A program made the translations under genes and the position numbers. Shown one piece after another: positions 18,561 to 27,587 of a DNA stretch of 64,000 bases. The notes beneath the pieces are model-generated. The model made no database searches. It was not told the origin of the DNA and saw only the letters and a list, made by a program, of their open reading frames with translations. Source of the stretch: an uncultured Actinomycetes bacterium (GTDB lineage: Bacteria; Actinomycetota; Acidimicrobiia; Spongiisociales; ZC4RG35). The stretch is taken from contig CAVSQY010000010.1 of the NCBI GenBank assembly GCA_963730285.1, positions 2,721 through 66,720 of the forward strand. Reading direction: 5' to 3'. The stretch's first letter is position 1. Each line of letters opens with the position of its first letter.

Positions 18561-19402
18561 GAATTGAGCCTTTCTGATTCAGGTAGCAGAGGGCTCGTCG
18601 TGCGTCGTTGCGGTTTGAGCACATACCAGGCGGCAAAAGCGAAGAAGAGGAGCCAGCCGGCCAGTTCGGCGTATGTGGGCACCGGTTGCATCCCCAGGAA
18701 TGCGGTGAGAAGGCTGGCTCGAAGGCTCCCTGGAGCAACGATCCCACTCAGGTCCACGGCCGGGCCTTGCCCCCAGGCAAGAAGACCGGCTTCGGCGAAC
18801 GCGTGAATCGATGAAGCAACCAGGCCGGCGGCAACCAAGACAAGGACAAGCCCGGTCACCGTGAAAAAACGACGCAGGTTGATCCTGGCTCCGCCCTTGT
18901 AGATGGCGTATCCGAGACCAGCGGCCACCGCGATGCCCAGAACCGCCCCGGCAAGACCCAATGCCACACTCGCGTTCCCCCCGAGGATGGCAAGCAGGAA
19001 CACCGCAGTCTCCAGCCCTTCGCGGATCACAGCGACAAAGGCGAGGGCAACGAGAGCCTTGGTGGAGTTTTGGCTGAGAGCGGAGGCGGCCTTCACCTCG
19101 AGATCGGATTTCATATCGCGACTATGGCGACGCATCCAGACCAGCATGTAGGTCACACCGGCCACGGCAATCAGCGTGAAGGTCCCTTCCATCACCTCCT
19201 TGGCGACCAGTGGGAGGCGCTGACCCAGGACGCTCAGACCTACAGCTACGGCGATGCAAAGGGCAACGGCCAGCGCGACACCAGCCCACATCGCCCGGAG
19301 AGACCGACGATCGCTGTTCTTGAGGAGGAAAGCCCCCACGATCCCCACGATCAGCGCCGCTTCGAGCCCTTCGCGGAGACCAATTATGAATGTGGTGAGC
19401 AT
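18557..19402 (-). CDS. FTR1/EfeU-family high-affinity iron permease
   Basis: Two REGLE motifs (LREGLEAALIVG, IREGLETAVF) in a 7-TM-like protein. Confidence 0.85.
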   Translation of the reverse strand: MLTTFIIGLREGLEAALIVGIVGAFLLKNSDRRSLRAMWAGVALAVALCIAVAVGLSVLGQRLPLVAKEVMEGTFTLIAVAGVTYMLVWMRRHSRDMKSDLEVKAASALSQNSTKALVALAFVAVIREGLETAVFLLAILGGNASVALGLAGAVLGIAVAAGLGYAIYKGGARINLRRFFTVTGLVLVLVAAGLVASSIHAFAEAGLLAWGQGPAVDLSGIVAPGSLRASLLTAFLGMQPVPTYAELAGWLLFFAFAAWYVLKPQRRTTSPLLPESERLNS

Positions 19403-19444
19403 TGATGATTTCTCGACGTCGACCGAATATCGTTCGGTACCTAA

Positions 19445-19462
19445 ACACTACCGGCGTAGTGT
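19445..19462. promoter_or_regulatory. Candidate operator palindrome in the FTR1 / SRPBCC divergent intergenic region
   Basis: ACACTAC-CGGC-GTAGTGT is a perfect 7-bp inverted repeat. It is flanked by the AT-rich sequences taa/aaat. Confidence 0.35.
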
Positions 19463-19497
19463 AAATAGAGACAAGTCGAAGGGTAGCTTCCTCAACG

Positions 19498-20025
19498 GTG
19501 GTTCCTCCCTATCACTTCCTCACCTCCATAGAAGTCTCTGCCGACCCTCCCCGGGTGTGGGACGCACTGGCAGATGCTGAGACATGGCCGGTCTGGTGGC
19601 GCTGGCTCAGGAAGGCCGAGATCACGAAGGAAGGCGACGCCGATGGCCTTGGTCGCCGGGTCCGCAATACGGTGGTCTCCCCTCTTGGCTATGGGCTGAC
19701 CTACGAGGGTCTGGTGACCCGGGTCGATGAGCCACGTTTGGTCGAGTTCGAGGCGTCTGGCGATCTGATCGGCACGGGCCGATTCACGTTGCGAGGGGGT
19801 GAGCCCAGCGGAAGCCTCCTCGACTTCGACTGGGTGGTGGAGACACCGAAGCCTTGGATGAGAACGCTCGCTCCGCTGGCGCGTCCCGTTTTCATCTGGA
19901 GCCACCATCGACTGATGGATGACTTCGCCCGGGGGCTGGCAGAACACCTCGGAACGACACTCGTCAAGGTCGAGAATCGTCATCTGCCGCGCAGGGTCAG
20001 CGGGGATGGCCAGCCAGGAGACTAA
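19498..20025 (+). CDS. SRPBCC-family (polyketide cyclase/dehydrase-like) protein
   Basis: SIEVSADPPRVWDALADAETWPVWW is typical of SRPBCC/START-like N-termini. GTG start. Confidence 0.7.
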   Translation: MVPPYHFLTSIEVSADPPRVWDALADAETWPVWWRWLRKAEITKEGDADGLGRRVRNTVVSPLGYGLTYEGLVTRVDEPRLVEFEASGDLIGTGRFTLRGGEPSGSLLDFDWVVETPKPWMRTLAPLARPVFIWSHHRLMDDFARGLAEHLGTTLVKVENRHLPRRVSGDGQPGD

Positions 20026-20131
20026 ACGGTGTTTGGCGGCCAATCCGGTGCTCGAGATCGCCCGGGACATCAGGTCGTTGTCCTCTACCGGCTCATCGCG
20101 CGGCACTGCATCATGTCGGTAGGAGGTGCCT

Positions 20132-20488
20132 ATGAGTCAAACACTGACGCCGCATCGGCAGGTTGAGAGCAAGCCGAGAATTCGGCTTCATATCCCCCGT
20201 TGGCTGGCCGTCTCGGTGTGGTCGATGTTCATCGCATTGTGGATCGGCTTCTTTGCTCTCCAGTTGTTCACACCGGACACCCTGGACCGGATCTGGACCG
20301 GCATAGTCGATCAGCCGATGTTGATCGAAGCGGCCACATGGATTGCCTTCTTGCCCATCGTGGTGGCCCTGGCGGTCACGCACGCCGGTTGGGCCCTGTG
20401 GATTGAGCTGATAGTGATCGCGGCCTGTGTCATCTGGACGACCTTTGGGCTCCGCCCTGATCGGATCGCCAGTACGGACCAGCCCTAG
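20132..20488 (+). CDS. Small membrane protein (3 TM), unknown function
   Basis: The SD AGGAGG lies 5 nt upstream of ATG 20132. Hydrophobic helices (WLAVSVWSMFIALWIGFFAL, WIAFLPIVVALAV, LIVIAACVIWTTF). Confidence 0.6.
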   Translation: MSQTLTPHRQVESKPRIRLHIPRWLAVSVWSMFIALWIGFFALQLFTPDTLDRIWTGIVDQPMLIEAATWIAFLPIVVALAVTHAGWALWIELIVIAACVIWTTFGLRPDRIASTDQP

Positions 20489-21387
20489 GTCCCGGTGAGC
20501 GAGAAGTGCTGATAATCCTTGAGGCTGCTCCATCTGCCACCCCAACCCCACCCGATGGCATCGAACGCCTCGGTCACCACGCTCCCCTCTGTGATCATCC
20601 CAGGTAGCCGCCGGCCGCGATCCAGATAGGCCGATGCCAACTCGGGCAGGACCACGTCTCCCTTCACATAGGGGTTGTGGAAGGGATCGACGTCGATGGC
20701 GAGCCCGTACGCATGTTGGGACCAACCGGACCCACCGGTGACGGGCCGGCATACGAATGACTCGGTGTCGTTGCCGTCGCCGGTTGGTGGGGCCGACAAC
20801 TCCTGCTCGGTGGTGACGCGCATCTGTTCAATCGGGAACCGGGCATCGAACAGTTTCCCGAATACCTCGACGACGTCATCGGCCACCGTCTCATTGACGA
20901 TCATCTCACCGGTGTGGGGCTTTTGATCGAATCCCCAAAAGGTAATGGTGAGGTATCTCAGCTGATCCAATGTCACCGGGCAACCGGCGACCCATGTGGA
21001 TCTTTCCGTCACCTCCGGGACCATCACCGAGATGGTGCCGTGATAGTCGGCGTCGTCTGGTGGGGGGAGGAGGTCGACAGTGGCATACCGACGATCCACC
21101 ATCTCGGGTGGCGTTGGTTGGGGCGCAGCCACTCCGTTCTCATCGACCTGGAGAGGTCTGGTGCCAAGCCATGTCGGTGGCGCGGTGACACCCTCGGGCA
21201 ACGCGGTTGTCGTGGTCGTGGTCGGAGCTGAGCTAGATGTTGTGCTCGCTGTGGTGGTTGTGCGCTCCGAGGAGGTGATGGTGACCAAGGGCTCGGTGGT
21301 AGTCGGCTGTGATTCGGTGGTCCCGGCCGAAACCCCCGAACAAGCGGTGATGAGAACCATCACCAATATCGACACATGGCGACGCAT
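20485..21387 (-). CDS. M15-family (VanY/D-Ala-D-Ala carboxypeptidase-like) metallopeptidase lipoprotein
   Basis: Lipobox LITAC after MRRHVSILVMV, a Thr/Ser-rich linker and zinc ligands in SQHAYGLAIDVD and DYQHFS. Confidence 0.8.
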   Translation of the reverse strand: MRRHVSILVMVLITACSGVSAGTTESQPTTTEPLVTITSSERTTTTASTTSSSAPTTTTTTALPEGVTAPPTWLGTRPLQVDENGVAAPQPTPPEMVDRRYATVDLLPPPDDADYHGTISVMVPEVTERSTWVAGCPVTLDQLRYLTITFWGFDQKPHTGEMIVNETVADDVVEVFGKLFDARFPIEQMRVTTEQELSAPPTGDGNDTESFVCRPVTGGSGWSQHAYGLAIDVDPFHNPYVKGDVVLPELASAYLDRGRRLPGMITEGSVVTEAFDAIGWGWGGRWSSLKDYQHFSLTGT

Positions 21388-21580
21388 CGTGTGAGATTGC
21401 CACCAACCCGTTCCTAGCCATCGTTTCGAGCGCACCCGATTCGTACGTGCGACCGAGACGGAAGTGGATCTTCCTCGCCACCCGGACCATCGGGCGCCAA
21501 GCCATCTTGGTACCCGACCTCCTCAGGAGCGAGGAAGTGCCGCAAAGTATGCGTTGGAAGCTGGGACTATGTGAAGTTCC

Positions 21581-21844
21581 TTGAACGACGAAGAGTTCGA
21601 CCAGAAACTCCAACGACTTGCCGCCCTCCTCGGAGAGGACACGAGCGATCTGACTTGGACCGTGGGACAGAGATCCGAAGTGATCGAGAGGGCCCTCTCC
21701 ATGAGCAAAGTCGTCGAAGCAGACCTCTTGGCCAAAGGAAAGCTTGCAGCAGCCGACTACCTCGCGGAGCAGATCCACGACTGGGAGATGATGCGCGAGC
21801 AAATGCGATCGGAGATGGCCCTCGACAGCGTCGAGGAGGAGTAA
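21581..21844 (+). CDS. Hypothetical small acidic helical protein
   Basis: 87 codons from a TTG start, with coding-like GC3. I recognise no family. Confidence 0.4.
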   Translation: MNDEEFDQKLQRLAALLGEDTSDLTWTVGQRSEVIERALSMSKVVEADLLAKGKLAAADYLAEQIHDWEMMREQMRSEMALDSVEEE

Positions 21845-21930
21845 AACACCGGTTGCCGTCCCACCCATACGCCAGAACACAGAGTCGGGCGGGGGGATAC
21901 AAGGCGGGTCGACCCCCCTTGACAAATCAG

Positions 21931-22005
21931 TGGGCCCGGCAGGACTTGAACCTGCAACCAACGGATTATGAGTCCGCTGCTCTGACCGGATTGAGCTACG
22001 GGCCC
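21931..22005 (-). tRNA. tRNA with CAT anticodon (elongator Met or Ile2; not initiator)
   Basis: Acceptor GGGCCCG/CGGGCCC with a paired 1:72, anticodon arm GCGGA-CTCATAA-TCCGT, T arm GCAGG-TTCAAGT-CCTGC, discriminator A. Confidence 0.9.
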
Positions 22006-22042
22006 CCGGAACAGCTCAGGGTAATGCCACCCTGCTTGGTGG

Positions 22043-22603
22043 TCACGCCTGAGCAGCGTCACCCGATTGCAGCCACGTCACGATCTCGATGAGGACCCGA
22101 GTGAACTCAATTCCATGAGCTCCGGCAATGGTGTGTGCCGCCTCATGCGCCAAGATCCAAGCCGTGATCGGGCGCTCCACCCGGATAGTCCGAGTGGCCG
22201 GCTCGTAGAGGCCGGCCGTGCGCCCGCCTAGATCATCCACGACCTCGAATCGAACTGGTGACCGTCCGAGATGCGCCACCAGGATCTGAACGAATCCGGC
22301 AGCCTCTTGGTCGTTGAGGAACGTGTTGGCCAAGACGCTCATCTCGCTCCCCAACCCGGCATCCCTCACTGCGTCCTGAATTACGCAGTAGTCGTAGTCG
22401 CATATCTCCAATCCGTTCTCGGCGCGGGGCCGATTGGTCACGTCGATCAGGCTGTAGAAGGGCAACATCAGCATGGCCAGCACCGCGACCACCGTCACCA
22501 CCGGGATCACCCGCCTTCTCCATGGTGATGGCGTCCAGTCCTGAGGCGACTCATCCCAATCTCCGTCGAACTCCGCCTCTGGATAGGGATCGGACGTCAC
22601 CAT
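22043..22603 (-). CDS. Membrane-anchored hypothetical protein with HExxH motif
   Basis: An acidic N-terminus and one TM (VIPVVTVVAVLAMLMLPF) are followed by a C-terminal ILAHEAAHTIAGAHG, a putative zinc-protease-like site. Confidence 0.55.
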   Translation of the reverse strand: MVTSDPYPEAEFDGDWDESPQDWTPSPWRRRVIPVVTVVAVLAMLMLPFYSLIDVTNRPRAENGLEICDYDYCVIQDAVRDAGLGSEMSVLANTFLNDQEAAGFVQILVAHLGRSPVRFEVVDDLGGRTAGLYEPATRTIRVERPITAWILAHEAAHTIAGAHGIEFTRVLIEIVTWLQSGDAAQA

Positions 22604-22612
22604 GGAGGCTGT

Positions 22613-23350
22613 TCAGTGGGTCTCTGGCGGAACGCGGACGATCACCTGCTCTGGTGGGGTCGGCCCAAATACCCACTCGGCAATGTGACGGGCCACCCAT
22701 GAAGGGCTGTTCATGGCACCCGTGGCGCTCATCTCGCGAAACATCTCGATGTCGGGAAGCACGTCCTGATTCTGGTCGCGAAGAGCTTGCTGCATCGGTG
22801 TCTCGACCACTCCCGGTGACACGGCCAAAGCCATCCTCAATCGCTCACCGTCTTCGATGGCCGAGATCTCGGTCATCCGATCGACCCCGGCCTTGCCGAC
22901 CGAGTAGGCGGTCACTCCCCCGCGGCCTCGCTGAGCCAGGCCGGAAGTGATGTTCACCAACGCACCACGATGCCCATCGGCCTCCAGCTGCTCCACGAAC
23001 GCCCGGGTCCCGTTGAGGACTCCACCTACGTTGACTTCGAGGTGGGACATCAGGTCGGCCACTGACAGCTCTCGCTGCGGGGCGATGGGATCGAGGACGG
23101 CTGCGTTGTTGACCCACAGATCGATGGGTCCAAGTTGACCGGACACATCGTGGGCGAATGCCCGGAGAGCGTCGAGGCCCCTCACGTCGACCGACGTCGA
23201 GACAACGGCGTCACCCTGCAGTTCGGGTCTTCGCCTGGCGCACAGACCTAGTGATGCTCCCCTGTCCGCAAACCACTCTGCCATGCCATAGCCGAGCCCT
23301 GAACTGGCCCCGGTGATGACGATCACGCTTCCCTTCAACTCCATCAACAT
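22613..23350 (-). CDS. SDR-family oxidoreductase
   Basis: ITGASSGLGYGMA (TGxxxGxG) and YSVGKAG (YxxxK) are present. The start is placed at MLMELKGSVIVITG; the upstream extension shows no homology. Confidence 0.8.
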   Translation of the reverse strand: MLMELKGSVIVITGASSGLGYGMAEWFADRGASLGLCARRRPELQGDAVVSTSVDVRGLDALRAFAHDVSGQLGPIDLWVNNAAVLDPIAPQRELSVADLMSHLEVNVGGVLNGTRAFVEQLEADGHRGALVNITSGLAQRGRGGVTAYSVGKAGVDRMTEISAIEDGERLRMALAVSPGVVETPMQQALRDQNQDVLPDIEMFREMSATGAMNSPSWVARHIAEWVFGPTPPEQVIVRVPPETH

Positions 23351-23489
23351 CTCCCAACGGTCAACACATTCGACGATATCCAGCTTGGCTGCTGAGGCGA
23401 TGCCCTGAGATGAAAGCGTCCTCTGGACGTCACGACCGATGCAAGTTTGATATGTTCCGAACGTCGACCCTGACATGAAAGGACCAGAT

Positions 23490-23990
23490 ATGAGAGTGTC
23501 CATGAGCGTCAATGGGAGCCAGGTGAGTGGCGATGTCGAGCCACGCGACCTCCTGGTCCACTTCATCAGGGAGAACCTTCACCTGACCGGTACCCATGTC
23601 GGCTGTGAGACCGGCTATTGCGGTGCATGCACCGTCCATCTGGACGGCAAGCCAATCAAGTCATGCACCATGTTCGCCGTTCAGGCGGATGGAGCGACCA
23701 TCACCACCATCGAGGGCCTGGCCGATGGCGACCAACTACATCCGGTTCAGGAGGGATTCTGGGAGCGTCACGGTCTCCAGTGTGGGTTCTGCACACCTGG
23801 GATGATCATGAGCGCGGCGGCCCTGCTGGAGGAGAACGACGATCCGTCCGAGGACGAGATCCGCCACGGTATCGAGGGCAATCTCTGCCGATGCACCGGC
23901 TACCACAACATCGTCAGGGCCGTGGAATACGCCGGCGCCCGTATTCGTGGCGAAGAGCCGCCGGCACCTGATTGGGAAGGAGGTCTCTGA
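23490..23990 (+). CDS. coxS: (2Fe-2S)-binding small subunit of a xanthine dehydrogenase/CoxS family enzyme
   Basis: [11 protein letters not shown] and [17 protein letters not shown] cysteine clusters are present. The SD AAAGGA precedes ATG 23490. Confidence 0.85.
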   Translation: MRVSMSVNGSQVSGDVEPRDLLVHFIRENLHLTGTHVGCETGYCGACTVHLDGKPIKSCTMFAVQADGATITTIEGLADGDQLHPVQEGFWERHGLQCGFCTPGMIMSAAALLEENDDPSEDEIRHGIEGNLCRCTGYHNIVRAVEYAGARIRGEEPPAPDWEGGL

Positions 23991-26365
23991 TGGCCACCAC
24001 TAGCGTCATGGGAGGATCGGTTAGGCGACGGGAAGATCCCGCGCTGATCAGAGGAACCGGCCTCTTCACCGACGACGTCCAGCCGACCGGTGTCCTCCAC
24101 GTCAAATTCGCCCGGTCGCCCGTCGCTCGGGCCAAGATCACCAGACTGGATACCTCGAAGGCAAAGGGCATGCCCGGTGTCGTTGCCGTATTCACCCACG
24201 AGGACGTGGCCGATCTCGGCCCGCTTGTGGCACAGGTCCCGATAGGCAAGCTCCGTCCGCTGCTCGCAGACGGCGAGGTGAACCACGCCGGCGAGGCCGT
24301 GGCCATGGTCATCGCAGCCAATCGGTCCCAAGCAGAAGATGCCGCCGAGGCCATCGAGGTCGACTACGACACCATGCCCGCGATCATCGATCTCAAGAAG
24401 GCCGCCTCCGACGAGATCAAGGTTCACGACGATCTCGACTCGAACGTGATCCTCACCTGGACATACCACGGTTACTGGCCGGCCCTCGGGCTCGAGGACC
24501 AGACACCACAAGTCGATGAGGCAATGGAACGTGACGATGCAGTGGTGGTCAGCCTGGAAATGACCAACCAACGTCTGATCCCGGTGGCAATCGAGCCCCG
24601 CTCGGTCGTGGCCGAGTACAACCCGGGATACGCGCGCTTCACGGTTCACAGCTCGACTCAGGTCCCGCATGCCCTATCCGGCGCGATCGCGACCCAGTTG
24701 GGCGTTTCGGCTAGCGACGTCAGGGTCATCGCCCCCGAGGTCGGGGGCGGGTTCGGAGCGAAGCTGAATGTCTACAACGACGAGATCCTGGTCGCGTGGG
24801 CATCCAAGCAGCTGGGTCATCCTGTCAAATGGACCGAGACCAGGCGTGAAGCAGCCGGGTCGACGATTCACGGGCGTGGCTGGGTCGGCACCGCCACCCT
24901 CGTCGGCACCAAGGATGGCCAGTTCCTGGGCTACAAATTGGACGCAATCGCCGACATGGGCGCCTACACCCAGAACTTCACGGTGGCCATCCCGCTGTTG
25001 GGGCTTTGGATCGCGTCCGGTCAATACAAGATGCCGATCGGCTGGAAAGTCGACTGCGTAGTAACCAACACGATGACCACCGACGCATATCGCGGGGCCG
25101 GCAGGCCAGAGGCGATCTACTACCTGGAACGAATTATCGACGCCTACGCCCATGAGATCGGCATGGACCCATTCGAGGTGCGCGCCAAGAACTTCTGGCA
25201 GCCCGATGAGTTCCCGGCCACGATGGGGTGTGGCTTCTCGCTCGACTCGGGCAACTACCAGGCTGCGGTCGACCGTCTCATCGAGGTCAGCGACTATCAC
25301 GACATGCGTCGTCGCCAGGAGGAGGCGCGGGCCGAAGGTCGCCTCGTCGGGATCGGTGTCGGATCATACGTCGAGGTGTGCGGGTTCGGGCCGGCGGTGC
25401 TTGCAGATATCGGGTTCTCCTGGGCTGCCTATGGGCTGCCCGCATCGTTCAATGGCTCCGGCCTGGTCCGCGTGAACCCGGACGGGACGGCGACGGTAAT
25501 CATCGGAACCGGCCCCACCGGCCAAGGTCACGAGACCACCTGGGCCCAGATCGTCAGCGACCAACTCGGGATCGAGGTGGACAACGTCAGGGTCTATCAC
25601 GGTGACACCCTTGATGCCCCGATGGGGATCGGCACTTTTGGGAGCCGTTCCCTATCAGTCGACGGCTCGGCCACATTCGGCGCCACACAGGAGATCAAAG
25701 AGAAAGCGGCCAAGATCGCCGCGCACCTTCTCGAGGCATCAGCGGAGGACATCGTCCTCGCCGATGGGGGCGCCCACGTTGCTGGATCACCCGACAAACG
25801 CGTGGAGTGGTCGGCGATAGCAAAGTCGGCCTATCAGGCCCATACCCTCCCCGAGGGCATGGAGTCGGGTCTTGAGGCCGAGTCGACCTTCAGCCCGGGC
25901 AATGCCACTTGGCCGTTCGGGACCCATCTCGCCATGGTCGAGGTCGATCCGGAGACCGGGTATGTGAAACTCCTCGAATATCACGCCGTCGATGACTGCG
26001 GCAACGTGATCAACCCAATGATCGTGGCGGGTCAGGTGCATGGTGGGATCACGCAAGGCATCGGCCAGGCAATGTTTGAGGATGCCATCTACGACGCCTC
26101 GGGCAACATGCTCGCCGGGTCCCTGCTCGATTATCCGCTGCCGACAGCGGCAGATCTCCCCTCCTATGACCTCCATCGAACGGTGACACCGACCGATGTG
26201 AACCCCATGGGTGTGAAGGGCATCGGGGAGGCGGGGACCATCGGGTCGGCGCACACCATCGTGAACGCCGTGGTCGACGCCCTGTCACCGATGGGTGTCA
26301 AACATATCGATATGCCGGTTAGGCCAAGACGTGTCTGGCAGGCGATGCAGGAAGCGAGGGTTTGA
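23990..26365 (+). CDS. coxL: Molybdopterin-binding large subunit, form II CoxL-like
   Basis: The active-site loop reads TDAYRGAGRPEA (the form II AYRGAGR signature, not the form I VAYRCSFR). The SD GGGAAGGAGG is present, and the ATG overlaps the coxS stop (TGATG). Confidence 0.85.
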   Translation: MATTSVMGGSVRRREDPALIRGTGLFTDDVQPTGVLHVKFARSPVARAKITRLDTSKAKGMPGVVAVFTHEDVADLGPLVAQVPIGKLRPLLADGEVNHAGEAVAMVIAANRSQAEDAAEAIEVDYDTMPAIIDLKKAASDEIKVHDDLDSNVILTWTYHGYWPALGLEDQTPQVDEAMERDDAVVVSLEMTNQRLIPVAIEPRSVVAEYNPGYARFTVHSSTQVPHALSGAIATQLGVSASDVRVIAPEVGGGFGAKLNVYNDEILVAWASKQLGHPVKWTETRREAAGSTIHGRGWVGTATLVGTKDGQFLGYKLDAIADMGAYTQNFTVAIPLLGLWIASGQYKMPIGWKVDCVVTNTMTTDAYRGAGRPEAIYYLERIIDAYAHEIGMDPFEVRAKNFWQPDEFPATMGCGFSLDSGNYQAAVDRLIEVSDYHDMRRRQEEARAEGRLVGIGVGSYVEVCGFGPAVLADIGFSWAAYGLPASFNGSGLVRVNPDGTATVIIGTGPTGQGHETTWAQIVSDQLGIEVDNVRVYHGDTLDAPMGIGTFGSRSLSVDGSATFGATQEIKEKAAKIAAHLLEASAEDIVLADGGAHVAGSPDKRVEWSAIAKSAYQAHTLPEGMESGLEAESTFSPGNATWPFGTHLAMVEVDPETGYVKLLEYHAVDDCGNVINPMIVAGQVHGGITQGIGQAMFEDAIYDASGNMLAGSLLDYPLPTAADLPSYDLHRTVTPTDVNPMGVKGIGEAGTIGSAHTIVNAVVDALSPMGVKHIDMPVRPRRVWQAMQEARV

Positions 26366-26366
26366 C

Positions 26367-27224
26367 GTGTACCCGAGACAATTCGACTATCTGGCGCCCT
26401 CGACACTGGAGGAGGCCCTGGCGGCGTTGGGTGACGGTTCCAAGGTGATGGCCGGAGGCATGAGTCTCATCCCACTCATGAAGATGCGCCTCTTCTCCCC
26501 ATCGGTGGTCGTGGATATCGGAAAGATCCCCGGGCTCGACATGGTCGAGGACAAAGGCGATCACATCGCCATCGGAGCCCTCGTCCGTCACGCCGTCACT
26601 GCATCCGATTCCACCATTGCGGCCAATGCGGCAGCACTGGCACAGGCGGCGTCTCTTACGGGAGATGTCCAGGTGCGAAATCGGGGCACGACGTGTGGAT
26701 CATTGGCCCACTCCGATGTTGCCGCCGATCAACCTGCTGCGGTGATCGCGCTGGGTGCCACCATGGTGGCTCGCTCCGCGGCGGCGACACGTGAGATCGC
26801 TGCTGCGGACTTCTGCGTCGACGCCCTCACCTCCGCCCTGACGCCAGACGAGATCCTGACCGAAATCCGCATCCCGAAGGCGGGCCCGGGAGAAGGGTCC
26901 GCCTATGACAAGCTCGGTCGCCGAGGGGGGCACAGTGACTATGCGGTCGCCGGCGCGGCTGCCTGGGTGAAAAAGAGCAACGGATCGATCGAGGACGCCA
27001 GGGTCGGCATAACCGGTGTCGGCACGAGGCCGAGCCTGTTGGCTTCCGTGGGCGAGGCGATCATCGGGACCGACGGGTCGGATCAGGCTATAGAGGCGGC
27101 CGCAGAGCACGCCCTCGACGATCTGACCCTCCTCGAGGACCTTTACGGGTCGGAGGAGTACAAAGGGCACCTGGCCAAGGTGTATGTCAGGCGGGCGCTG
27201 AGACAAGCCATCGCCGCGATCTAA
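26367..27224 (+). CDS. coxM: FAD-binding medium subunit (CoxM-like)
   Basis: FDYLAPSTLEEALAAL...MAGGMSLIPLMKMR is present. A GTG start lies 1 nt after the coxL stop. Confidence 0.8.
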   Translation: MYPRQFDYLAPSTLEEALAALGDGSKVMAGGMSLIPLMKMRLFSPSVVVDIGKIPGLDMVEDKGDHIAIGALVRHAVTASDSTIAANAAALAQAASLTGDVQVRNRGTTCGSLAHSDVAADQPAAVIALGATMVARSAAATREIAAADFCVDALTSALTPDEILTEIRIPKAGPGEGSAYDKLGRRGGHSDYAVAGAAAWVKKSNGSIEDARVGITGVGTRPSLLASVGEAIIGTDGSDQAIEAAAEHALDDLTLLEDLYGSEEYKGHLAKVYVRRALRQAIAAI

Positions 27225-27317
27225 TCTCATCCAGTAATCGGACCTCAATTCTCGGGAGGTTCGTTGACCACGCCCGGGATGTGCCTGGTCGAGCTGGAAA
27301 GAGAGTGGAAGAGGGCG

Positions 27318-27587
27318 ATGCCGGACATGAGTCAACTTTGCGAGCACTTCGAAGACTTGGTGGAAGTGGCGCCGACCTCGAGCGTTTGTGACCAATGCGT
27401 CGCCATCGGTGATCGGTGGGTGCACCTGCGAGCCTGCCTCCAATGCGGCCAGGTGGGCTGTTGTGACAATTCGAAGAATCGCCACGCTCGCAAGCATTGG
27501 CAGGGACAGGGTCATCCGTTGATCCGTTCCATGGAGCCGGGCGAGACTTGGCGATTCTGCTTCGCTGATGGTGTGGTGGCGCGATGA
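27318..27587 (+). CDS. UBP-type zinc-finger protein
   Basis: CDQCVAIGDRWVHLRACLQCGQVGCCDNSKNRHARKHWQGQGHPLIRSMEPGETWRFC is present. The SD GGAAGAGGG precedes ATG 27318. The stop overlaps the next start (ATGA). Confidence 0.75.
   Translation: MPDMSQLCEHFEDLVEVAPTSSVCDQCVAIGDRWVHLRACLQCGQVGCCDNSKNRHARKHWQGQGHPLIRSMEPGETWRFCFADGVVAR

Noticed and set aside
19425-19470. IdeR/DtxR iron box upstream of the FTR1 permease
   Set aside because: Only a partial resemblance (ACCTAA) to the TTAGGTTAGGCTAACCTAA-type consensus is present. The actual palindrome has a different sequence, so no regulator is assigned.
23990-26365. Aerobic carbon-monoxide dehydrogenase (form I CoxL)
   Set aside because: The active-site loop is AYRGAGR and the gene order is S-L-M. 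Both are characteristic of form II enzymes, whose CO-oxidising role is unproven.
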